Source: the human T2T-CHM13v2.0 reference genome, Homo sapiens | Length of the DNA: 64,000 nucleotides | Reading direction: 5' to 3' (one strand) | Assembly: GCF_009914755.1 (NCBI RefSeq) | Contig: NC_060931.1 | In this document: positions 29,891 to 41,460 of the stretch, piece by piece | How positions within the stretch are numbered: the first letter of the stretch is position 1 | Layout: every line of letters starts with the position of its first letter | Notes under the pieces: generated by a model | The model's database searches: none | Told to the model about the DNA's origin: nothing | The model's input: only the letters and a program-made list of their open reading frames with translations | Position numbers and translations under genes: made by a program

Positions 29891-30592
29891 GATATCTCAA
29901 TCTTAACATGACCAACACTGAGTTTCTGATGTTCCGCCTCAAAACTTACTCCACCTGCAGTTTCCCTGTAGGAGTTGATGTCAGCTCCACCATTCTAGTT
30001 GCTCAGGTCAAAATATTTGAGCCCCTCTGACTCTTCAATTCTTCTCACATCCCTCCAGTCTATCAGGGGATGTTGTTGGCTTTGCCTTGCAAATATATCT
30101 ACAATTCAAGAACTTCGCCTGACTCCCAACCCTAGCAACCCGAGTCTGTTTGCCAACATCATCTCTCTCAGATCACTCTAGTAGCCTCCTAACTGGTCTC
30201 CTTCCTTCCATCTTGCCCTCTATAGTAAACTCTCAAGACAGTAGTCAAAGTCATCCTTTTAAAACTCAATTAAAATCATCTCCTTCCTCCTCAGACCTTT
30301 CCAAGTCTTCCCATCTCCCCCTGGAATAAAAGCAAATTTCTTATCGTGGCTTACAAGACTTTACATGATTAGGCTGTACCTGAGTCCTCATTACCTCTCT
30401 GATTTCCATGGCTTTCCCCTTGACTCCATTCTAGCCACGCTGGCCTCCTCACGACTCTGCTGACACCAGATAATCCCTAGGGCCTTTGCCCTGGTGACTC
30501 CCCCAGCCTGGAGTGCTCTTTGCTGGTGGCTGATCCTTTACATCTCTTGAATTTTTTCTCAAATGCCACCTACTCAATGGAGCCTACCCTGA

Positions 30593-30907
<315 letters not shown>

Positions 30908-33006
30908 GACAATTTTATTTTAAGCTGCAATAAGCCTACTCTTCCCACCAGAAGCTTTCTGCCTTTACCCTACTGTTTTTCCCCACATCACTTATTTATT
31001 GTGATGTTCATTTATTTATGTTTATTAGTGTCTCCTTACACATCTGTATCCCTTCTGTTATGAAACATAACTGCCTGGAACAGTGTATGTCCCATAAAAG
31101 AGCTAAATAAATATTTCCTGGATTTATTAAGGTGGGCAAGGCTGACATGTTTTTATGTGACAGGTAAAAATACAGACTCAGAGAGACAATGGGGAGACTT
31201 GCCCAAGATTGTGCAGTTAATAAGTGTTCAAAAAATAAATAAAAGAAGAATTTCCAAAATATCATAGTTTGTTTAAATCTTATTGTTTCATCTTGATACT
31301 AAATAAGAGCCTACCTGATCTGCATGTTTTTACTCTAGATTAATATGCCTGAATAACATGTTCTAGAAGTTCTATTTTACTGTCTTTAACAATTAAATTT
31401 ATGAAAGAAGATATTGATGTAGGTAGAAAAGTTTCAGACAAATCTGAATAGTGTTATGCCTCAAATACATTTGCATATTTATTTTTTGCACTATAATATA
31501 AATTGCTTATTTTTGAGAAAGTGACAATTGTTTCATGATTTAACTTTCTATTCATCAAAGTTTCCACAGGGATGGAAATAATAAACAAATTAGTATTACT
31601 CATTTGCGATCTGTGCTCATAAACCGTATGTGAGGATCATGCATCTGTTAAGATTCTGCTTTTATGATGCCTTTTTTTTATATCCAAGATTAAAGTAAAA
31701 AGCAAATGAAGATTTTAAATATGTTGGCCATATGCAAAAATGTATTTCAAATTGCTCATTAAAATTTTTCTCTACCCATATGAAAAAACTTGATTTAATC
31801 TACTTTACAGTTATTGCAAGACAAAATGAAAAATAAAAAAATTTTCTTTTGTTAAATTAAGCCAACGATAGCAAACATTAAAAAAAAAGATAACATAACA
31901 AAATCAAATACTTGGGGTCTAAGATAATAAAAACACCAAAAGAATATTGGCTTTGCTGGCAAGACATGAGCATCACCCTCTGAAACTGCGGTAAAAATGA
32001 CTTAAATATAAACAAGTACCAAAGTCTAAGAAACACTCATCCAGGAAGCTAATTTTTATATTCTTGCTTTTGCATTTCTAATAATGACATGAATTTGATC
32101 CATGAGACTCTGAATTTGGAGAACGAGGAGTCACATAATTGTCTTCCAGAGGTTCCAAAGCTGGCATTCTGTAATGTTCATGTTCATAACAGCTCCGTGT
32201 CTATACTTACAATTTTAGTCTTAGCATGAATTTGAGTCACATTTATGAAGTTCTGTCTTTGAGCCAGACTTTGCATGACACATTATGAGCAAATAGCAAA
32301 ACATCCTTGCCTCAAAAACTCAAACTTTTGTGAAAACAGATATAGAAACAATTAGCTGCAAAGTAAAGCAATGTGAGGTTCAAGGGGCTTTCAGAGCACA
32401 AAAGAAGAGTGGATCATTTCTGACTTGAGAACCAGGGTAAGGCACTAGTAATGAAGACACATTTGAGCTAAAACAATTGTTTAATTCCAATCATTGGCAT
32501 TTCATCAGATGCAGCCTAATTTTCTATATGAATATGATTAATAACAAGTTTTCCATTACAATCATGGGACTTTTTGCCTCACACAAATGAAAACAGATGT
32601 AGAGCCAAAGAAATGTGAATATTTTAACAAAGTTTTTTTTTTTTAATCAAGTATGTAATTACTGGCCCATGCAAAAGTGGGAATAAGATGGTTCTCTTAG
32701 TTGTGCAGAAGTGTGAAAGTCTCAGTCATGCCACAGTCGGGGAAATGTTGACTCAGGTTATTGCACAGAAGCTGTTACAGTTTTTCACTTTGCTAACTTA
32801 TGTGGAATTTGTTTTCAACTCAAATCCATTTTGGATATTTTTTAATAGGAAACAGGTCTTTAATAATTTGGGAATTGTACTAAAGAGTTCATGTTTTTTT
32901 CTAAAGGCAAAAAGGGACACTAAATCTTAAGCAGAAAAGTAAATTTGCTTTTCAGAAAAGTCAATCTAGAGGCAAAGTGAAGGGCAGGTTGAAAAGTAGA
33001 AATGTG

Positions 33007-33111
33007 GCTGACTCTTTTCGGACTCAGCCCACCTGCACCCAGGTGAAACAAACAGCCATGTTGCTCACACAAAGCCTGTTTGGTGGTCTCTTCACACGGA
33101 CGCGCATGAAA
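33007..33111 (+). mobile_element. LTR7 R-U5 segment (no U3)
   Basis: GCTGACTCTTTTCGGACTCAGCCC...CACACAAAGCCTGTTTGGTGGTCTCTTCACACGGACGCGCATGAAA. Confidence 0.92.
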
Positions 33112-33244
33112 TTTAGTGGATCAGGGGACCTCCCTTAGGAGATCAATCCCCTGTCCTCCTGCTCTTTGCTCCGTGAGAAAGATCCACCTATGACCTCAGG
33201 TCCTCAGACCGACCTGCCCAAGAAACATCTCACCAATTTCAAAT

Positions 33245-33253
33245 CTGGTAAGC
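33245..33253 (+). other. HERV-H leader splice donor (retained, so the copy is unspliced)
   Basis: CAAATCTG|GTAAGC at 33247/33248, the position of the HERV-H major donor. Confidence 0.7.
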
Positions 33254-33999
33254 AGCCTCTTTTTACTCTCTTCTCCAACTTCCCTCACTATCCCTCAACC
33301 TCTTTCTCCTTTCAATCTTGGTGCCACACTTCAATTTCTCCCTTCTCTTAATTTCAATTCCTTTCATTTTCCGGTAGAGACAAAGGAGACAGGTTTTATC
33401 TGTGGACCCAAAACTCCGGCGCCGGTCACGGACTGGGAAGGCAGCCTTCCCTTGGTGTTTAATCAATGCAGGGCGCCTCTCTGATTATTCACCCACGTTT
33501 CAAAGGTGTCAGACCACGCAGGGATGCCTGCCTTGGTCCTCCACCCTTAGCGGCAAGTCCCGCTTTTCTGGGGGAGGGGCAAGTACCCCTCAACCCCTTC
33601 TCCTTCACCCTTAGCGGCAAGTCCCACTTTTCTAGGGGGCAAGAACACCCAATCCCTTATTTCCACACCCCAACCTCTTATCTCTGTGCCCCAATCCCTT
33701 ATTTCCGTGCCCCAACCCCCCTTCCTGCTTTTCTGGAGGGTAAGAACCCCCAAAACCCTTCCCTCCGTGTCTCTACACTCTCTTTTCTCTGGGTTTGCCT
33801 CCTTCACTATGGGCAACCTTCCACTCTCCATTCCTCCTTCTTCTCCCTTAGCCTGTGTTCTCAAGAACTTAAAACCTCTTCAACTCACACCTGACCTAAA
33901 ACGTAAATGCCTTATTTTCTTCTGCAATGCCGCTTGACCCCAATACAAACTCGACAGCACTTTCAATTTTTCCATCCTACAAGATCTAAATAATTCTTG

Positions 34000-35025
34000 T
34001 CGTAAAATGGGCAAATGGTCTGAGGTGCCTGACATCCAGGCATTCTTTTACACATCAGTCCCTTCCTAGTCTCTGTGCCCAGTGCAACTCGTCCCAAATC
34101 TTCCTTCTTTCCCTCCCGCCTGTCCCCTCAGTCCCAACCCCAAGCGTCGCTGAGTCTTTCTAATCTTCCTTTTCTACAGACCCATCTGACCTCTCCCCTC
34201 CTCGACAGGCCGAGCTAGGTCCCAATGCTTCCTCAGCCTCTGCTCCTCCACCCTATAATCTTTTTATCGCCTCCCCTCCTCACACCTGGTCCGGCTTACA
34301 GTTTCCTTCCGTGACTAGCCCTCCCCCACCTGCCCAGCAATTTATTCTTAAAAAGGTGGCTGGAGCTAAATGCATAGTCAAGGTTAATGCTCCTTTTTCT
34401 TTATCCCAAATCAGATAGCATTTAGGCTGTTTTTCATCAAATATAAAAATCCAGCCCAGTTCATGGCTCATTTGGCAGCAACCCTGAGACGCTTTACAGC
34501 CCTAGACCCTAAAAGGTCAAAAGGCCATCTTATTCTCAATATACATTTTATTACCCAATCTGCTCCAGATATTAAATAAAACTCCAAAAATTAGAATCTG
34601 GCCCTCAAACCCCACAACAGGGCTTAATTAACCTCACCTTCAAGGTGTACAATAATACAAAAAAGTTGCAATTCCTTGCCTCCACTGTGAGACAAACCCC
34701 AGCCACATCTCCAGCACACAAGAACTTCCAAACACCTGAACTGCAGCAGCCAGGCGTTCCTCCAGAACCTCCTCCCCCAGGAGCTTGCTACATGTGCCGG
34801 AAATCTGGCCACTGGGCCAAGGAATGCCCGCAGCCCAGGATTCCTCCTAAGCCGCGTCCCATCTGTGTGAGACCCCACTGAAAATCGAACTGTTCAACTC
34901 ACCTGGCAGCCACTCCCAGAGCCCCTGGAACTCTGGCCCAAGGCTCTCTGACTGACTCCTTCCCAGATCTTCTTGGCTTAGTGGCTGAAGACTGACACTG
35001 CCCAATCGCCTCGGAAGCCCCCTAA
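34000..35025 (+). pseudogene. gag: HERV-H gag remnant with CCHC zinc knuckle
   Basis: ORF 34645-34881 contains CYMCRKSGHWAKEC (34786-34827); stops and frameshifts elsewhere. Confidence 0.85.
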
Positions 35026-37200
35026 CCCATCACGGACGCCGAGCTTTAGGTAACTCTCACAGTGGAAAGTAAGCCCGTCCCCTTCTAAATCAATACCCCT
35101 TCTAAATCAATACGGAGGCTACCCACTCCATATTACCTTCTTTTCAATGGCCTGTTTCCCTTGCCTCCATAACTGTTGTGGGTATTGACGGCCAGGCTTC
35201 TAAACCTCTTAAAACTCCCCAACTCTGGTGCCAACTTAGACAATACTCTTTTAAGCACTCCTTTTTAGTTATCCCCACCTGCCCAGTTCCCTTATTAGGC
35301 TGAGACACTTTAACTAAATTATCTGCTTCCCTGACTATTCCTGGACTATAGCTATATCTCATTGCTGCCCTTCTCCCCAATCCAAAGCCTCCTTTGCGTC
35401 CTCCTCTTGTATCCCCCCACCTTAACACACAAGTATAAGATACCTCTACTCCCTCCTTGGCGACCGATCATGCACCCCTTACCATCTCATTAAAACCTAA
35501 TCACCCTTACCCTGCTCAATGTCAAGATCCCATCCCACAGCAGGCTTTAAAAGGATTAAAGCCTGTTATCACTCGCCTGCTATAGCATGGCCTTTTAAAG
35601 CCTATAAACTCTCCTTACCATTCCCCCATTTCACCTGTCCTAAAACCAGACAAGGCTTACAAGTTAGTTCAGAATCTGCGCCTTATCAACCAAATTGTTT
35701 TGCCTATCCACCCCATGGTGCCAAACCCATATACTCTCCCATCCTCAATACCTCCCTCTACTACCCATTATTCTGTTCTGGATCTCAAATATGCTTTTTT
35801 TTTACTATTCCTTTGCACCCTTCATCCCAGCCTCTCTTTGCTTTCACTTAGACTGACCCTGACACCCATTAGGCTCAGCAAATTACCTCGGCTGTACTGC
35901 TGCAAGGCTTCACAGACAGCCCCCATTACTTCAGTCAAGCCAAAATTTCATCCTCATCTGTTACCTATCTCAGCATAATTCTCATAAAAACACACGTGCT
36001 CTCCCTGCTGATCATGTCCGATTAATCTCCCAAACCTCAATCCCTTACAGAACAACAACTCCTTTCCTTCCTAGGCATGGTTAGTGCGGTCAGAATTCTT
36101 ACACAAGAGCCAGGACCGCACCCTGTAGCCTTTCTGTCCAAACAACTTGACCTTACTGTTTTAGCCTAGCCCTCATGTCTGCGTGCAGTGGCTGCAGCTG
36201 CTTTAGTATTTTTAGAGGCCCTAAAAATCACAAAACTATGCTCAACTCACTCTCTACATTTCTCATAACTTCCAAAATCTATTTTCTTCCTCATACCTGA
36301 TGCATATACTTTCTGCTCCCCGGCTCCTTCAGCTGTACTCACTCTTCGTTAAGTCCCAAAATTACCATTGTTCCTGGCCCGGACTTCAATCTGGCCTCCC
36401 GCATTATTCCTGATACCACATCTGACCTCCATGACTGTATCTCTCTGATCCACCTGACATTCACCCCATTTCCCCATATTTCCTTCTTTCCTGTTCCTCA
36501 CCCTGATCACGCTTGATTTATTGATGGCAGTTCCACCAGGCCTAATCGCCACACACCAGCGAAGGCAGGCTATACTATAGTACAAGCCACTAGCCCACCT
36601 CTTAAAACCTCTCATTTTCTTTCCATCGTAGAAATCTATCCTCAAGGAAATAACTTTTCAGTGTTCCATCTGCTGTTCTATCTGCTATTCTACTACTCCT
36701 CAAGGATTATTCAGGCCCCCTCCCTTCCCTACACATCAAGCTCGAGGATTTGCCTCAGCCCAGGACTGGCAAATTAGCTTTACTCAACATGCCCTGAGTC
36801 ACAAAAACTAAAATACCTCTTAGTCTAAGTAGACACTTTCACTAGATAAGTAGAGGCCTTTCCTACAGGGTCTGAGAAGGCCACCACAGTCATTTCTTCC
36901 CCTCTGTCAGACATAATTCCTCAGTTTAGCCTTCCCACCTCTATAGAGTCTGATAACAGACCAGCCTTTATTAGTCAAATCAGCCAAGCATTTTTTCAGG
37001 CTCTTGGTATTCAGTGACAGACTAATGGTCTATTAAAAACACACCTCACCAAGCTCAGCCACCAACTTAAAAAGGACTGGACAATACTTTTACCACTTTC
37101 CCTTCTCAGAAGTCAGACCTGTCCTCAGAATCCTACAAGGTACAGCGCATTTAAGCTCCTGTGTATACGCTCCTTTTTATTAGGCCCCAGTCTCATTCCA
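35026..37200 (+). pseudogene. pol: HERV-H pro-pol remnant (protease, RT, RNase H, integrase; disrupted)
   Basis: RT motif YSVLDLKYAFF (~35769); DSPHYFSQA joined to KISSSSVTYL (YxDD block missing); RNase H-like FIDGSS (~36518); integrase-like SDNRPAFISQ (~36949). Confidence 0.85.
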
Positions 37201-37765
37201 GACACCAGACCAACTTAGACTGTGCCCCAAAAAACTTGTCATCCCTACTATTTTCTGTCTGGTCATACTCCTATTCTCCGTTCTCAACTACTCATGCATG
37301 CCCTGCTCTTGTTTACACTGCCAGTTTACACTGTTTCTCCAAGCCATTACAGCTGATATCTCCTCGTGCTATCCCCAAACTGCCACTCTTAACTCCTGAA
37401 GTAAATAAATAATCTTTGCTGGCAGGACTATGCTGAATCTCCTTAGGCACTCTAATCAGATGTCCTAGGTCCTCCCAATTCTTAGATCTTTTCCATTTAG
37501 TTTTTCAATTCATACAAAACTGTATCCAGGCCATCACCAATAATTCTACACGACAAATGTTTCTTCTAACAACCCCACAATATCACCCCTTACCACAAAA
37601 TCTTCCTTCAGCTTAATCTCTCCCACTTTAGGTTCCCACGCTGCCCCTAATCCCGCTTGAAGCAGCCCTGAGAAACATCGCCCATTCTCTCTCCATACCA
37701 CCCCCCAAAAATTTTCGCCACCCCAAGACTTCAACACTATTTTGTTTTATTTTTCTTATTAATAT

Positions 37766-37778
37766 AAGAAGGCAGGAA
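37766..37778 (+). other. Polypurine tract
   Basis: AAGAAGGCAGGAA immediately before the TG start of the 3' LTR. Confidence 0.8.
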
Positions 37779-38172
37779 TGTCAGGCCTCTGAGCCCAAGC
37801 TAAGCCATCGCATCCCCTGTGACTTGCACGTATATGCCCAGATGGCCTGAAGTAACTGAAGAATCACAAAAGAAGTAAAAAGGCCCTGCCCCGCCTTAAC
37901 TGATGACATTCCACCATTGTGATTTGTTCCTGCCCCACCTTAACTGAGTGATTAACCCTGTGAATTTCCTTCTCCTGGCTCAGAAGCTCCCCCACTGAGC
38001 ACCTTGTGACCCCCCCACCCCTGCCCACCAGAGAACAACCCCCTTTGACTGTAATTTTCTATTGCCTTCCCAAATCCTATAAAACGGCCCCACCCCTATC
38101 TCCCTTCCCTGACTCTCTTTTCGGACTCAGCCCACCTGCACCCAGGTGAAATAAACAGCCATGTTGCTCACA
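37779..38172 (+). promoter_or_regulatory. LTR7 U3-R (enhancer/promoter, TATA and poly(A) signal; U5 absent)
   Basis: TGTCAGGCCTCTGAGCCCAAG start; TATAAAA at ~38078-38084; AATAAA at 38150-38155; sequence ends at GCTCACA followed by an A-rich tail. Confidence 0.92.
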
Positions 38173-38206
38173 AAAAAGAAAAGAAAAGAAAAGAAAAGTA
38201 GAAATG

Positions 38207-38500
38207 CAATCAGTCAGAATATGATTTCAGAAATCCAGAAGAAAAATGTTGTGCATATGAATCCAATGACAGAGAGAAGAAAGGAGATGGATTTGAGAGA
38301 TTTTTAAGGTATAGAATTGGCAAGATTTAGTTACAGATCCAAAATAGAGAGTGACAGAGAGAACCACATTTTTCTGATTTGGGTAATAAAATGTATGGAG
38401 TTTCCAATAACAGAAAATACTGGGAAAAAAAGATAATCAGATCTGAGGAAAAGGAGGGAAACATTTAAGTAATTATGTAACAAACCAAGTGAAAATATCT
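38207..38500. mobile_element. L2 fragment (host of the HERV-H insertion; continues left of 32990)
   Basis: GAGAGAAGAAAGGAGATGGATTTGAGAGATTTTTAAGGTATAGAATTGGCAAGATTTAG resembles L2. Confidence 0.5.
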
Positions 38501-39767
38501 CGTATCAGATATGAAAGTTATTATGTATAATACATCTTAAGAAATTCTGGCTCAAACATATAAGGAAGAGGTTGAAGTTCTTAGAATGAAAATCTTAATT
38601 CTCAATGTAAACTTTGAGCAAATACATTAATAGAGATTGTGAACTTTCTGCAACTGGTAATAAGAAAAGATAAAATCAACTTTTTGAAAAAAGCAACATC
38701 CAGCATTAAACACTAGGGGGGAAGCATAGGATGCACAGAAATTACAAGTTAAAACAGAAAGTAAAAATTCTGGTCTAGATTAGCATATGGATTATGCAGA
38801 ATAAGACAGAAGATTCTGCAGGAAATAAACTGTGAAATCTCAAAATTAACAGAATGACACCTCTCATGAATAGAGAAGCAAGAATTTTCAACAAATATTA
38901 GCCAGTCAAATCCAGCAAAATGTAATAAAGATATTACATTATGACCAAGTGGAATTTATCTCAGGGATGCAAGACTGACTCAAAATTTTAAAATCAATTG
39001 ATATAATTAACCACAGTAACAGAATAAAGAAGAAAATCATATTATTATTTCAATAGGTGAAGAAAAATCACTTAAAAAAATTAAACACTGGGCCCAAACT
39101 CTCAGAAAACTAGGAATAGAAGGGAATGTTCTCAATTTAATAAGGTACCTCTAATGAAAACCCACAGCTAACATTGTAGTTAATAGTGAAATACTGAACA
39201 CTTCCCCTTGGGATCAAGAATAAGACAAATGCATTCACTCACATTACTCCTATTAGCATAGTACTGAAAGTACCATAAGGCAAGAAAAACAAATAAAATA
39301 TAGACAGATTGTAGAGAAGGGAGTAGAACTGTTGCTATTTGCCAATGTTGTGCTTGTGTATGTAGAATATCCTAAGGAATCAACACAACTCTAGAGGTAA
39401 AGAGTAAATTTATCAGGTTCTTTTAATTCAAGGTCAATTAACAAAAATAAATTGTATTTCTACATATTCAAAGCAAATAATTGGAAAATTAAAATTTTTA
39501 AATTATCATGTATAATAGCATCAAAACCATAAAACATTTAGAAACAAATTTAACAAAATATGTGCTGGATCTTTCAAACTGCAAAACACTGCTGAAAAAA
39601 ATTAAAGGTCAAAATAAACGGGGAGATGTACCATGTGTCTTGGTTGGAAGACTCCATGTTATTAAGATGCCCATTCTCCATAAATTGATCTACAGATTCA
39701 ACACAATTGCAGTTAAGAATTCCATAGATCTTTTTTTTTAGAAACTGACAAGGTGATTCTCTCTCTC

Positions 39768-39805
<38 letters not shown>

Positions 39806-40593
39806 CTTAGATTACTATATATTTGTGAAAAACATACATATATTTGTACATGCGTGTACAAAGAATGTAAATAGTTGAAACAATTTTGAAAAAGAACAAA
39901 GTTGAAGTACTTATGTAACCAGATTTCAGGAGTTAAAGCTACATTACTTGAGATAGTGAAGTAAGAATATATGTATAAATTAATGGAACAGAAAAGAGTG
40001 CCCAGAAAGAGACTCACGCATAGATGTGCAATTATTTTTAATAAAGTCAGCAAGGTAGCTCAATGGGAAAGAAAATTCTTTTTAACAAATGGTGCTAAAT
40101 TAACTGCATATGCCCATGGAAAAACATGAACCTTACACCATGAATAATAATTACCTTGAAATAGACTGTAAACTTAAACGTAAAAGCCAAAACTAAAAAA
40201 AAAAAAAAAACTTTTAGAAGAAAATATATAAGAAAATATTCAGGACTTTGGGGTAGACAAAGACGTTTTAGCAAAAATGCAAAAGGCATACACCATCAAT
40301 GAAAATTGGTAAGTTGGACAAAATTTGAAACATAAGCTCTCTGGAAGACATTATTAAGAAAACGAAATGGCAAGCCACAGACTAGAAGAAAATAGTCACA
40401 ATACATATATATATCAGACAAGATACATGTGTCAAGATTTTATTTAGAACTTTAAAGTTTTGATTAGAAGATGAACAACCCACTTTAAAAAAAAAAGAGG
40501 ACAAGTACTAAGCAGATATTTCACACACAAAAAAAGTTTATGAATCACCAATAAGGACATAAAAAGATGTTCATCATTAATCATAAGGAAAAT

Positions 40594-40962
40594 TACATTA
40601 GTCCATTCTCACACTGCTATAAAGATATTAGCTGAGACTGGGTGATTTATAAAGGAAAGAGTTTTAATTGACTCACAGTTCCACATGGCTGGGGAGGCCT
40701 AGGGAAACTTGTAATCATGGCGGAAGGTGAAGGAGAAGCAGGCACCTTCCTCACAAGGTGGGAAGAGAGAGAGCATGCTTGAAGGAGGAAGTGCCACTTT
40801 TTTCAACCATCAGCTCTCATGAGAATTTACTCACTATCATGAGAACAGCATGGGGGAAACCATTCCCTGATCCAGTCACCTCCCACCAAGTCCCTCTCTC
40901 AATAAGTGGTGATTACAATTAGAGATGAGATTTGTGTGGGGACACAGAGCCAAACCATATCA
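40594..40962 (-). mobile_element. THE1D/MSTA-like MaLR solo LTR
   Basis: ATTAGTCCATTCTCACACTGCTATAAAG...GGGGACACAGAGCCAAACCATATCA; 5-bp TSD AAAAT (40589-40593, 40963-40967). Confidence 0.88.
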
Positions 40963-41129
40963 AAAATGCAAATTAAAACCACAGTGAAATACCACTACAC
41001 ATCCACGAGAATGGCCAAAATGAAAAATACTTACAATGCCAAATGCTGGTAAGAATGTGGAGCAACTGAAACTTTCGTGCACTGTTGCTGAAAGTGTAAA
41101 ATGGTACAAATACCTGGAAAACAGTTTTG

Positions 41130-41460
41130 TATTTTCTTTGGTTTTTTTTTGTTTGTGTGTTTGTTTGTTTGAGACAGGATCTTGCTCTGTTGCCCAGGCT
41201 GGAGTCCAATGACATGTCATATCTCACCACAAACTTGACCTACCCAGCTCAAACAATCCTCCCGCCTCAGCCTCCCTGAGTAGCAGGGACTACAGGTGCA
41301 TGCCACCATACCCAGCTACTTTTTTTTTTTTTTTTTTTTTTGTAGAGACGAGGTCTCTCTATGTTGCTCAGGCTGGTCTAAAACTCCTGAGCTGAAGTGA
41401 TCCTCTTGCCTTGGCCTCCCAAAGTTCTGGGATTACAGGCGTGAGCCACCATGCCTGGCC
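41130..41460 (-). mobile_element. AluJ-like
   Basis: Diverged antisense Alu with J-type features (GAGACAGGATCTTGCTC, AATCCTCCCGCCTCAG). Confidence 0.9.

Larger units (their letters stand above)
33005..38192 (+). mobile_element. HERV-H (LTR7 family) RNA-shaped retrocopy: R-U5-gag-pro-pol-env remnant-U3-R-poly(A)
   Basis: LTR7 R-U5 only at the 5' end, HERV-H internal sequence, PPT, LTR7 U3-R, then A/GAAAA tail; 14-bp TSD GAAAAGTAGAAATG at 32991-33004 and 38193-38206. Confidence 0.93.

Noticed and set aside
33166-37737. HERV-H ORFs as functional gag/pol/env
   Set aside because: All are short and broken by stops and frameshifts; RT YxDD is deleted and no env frame is present.
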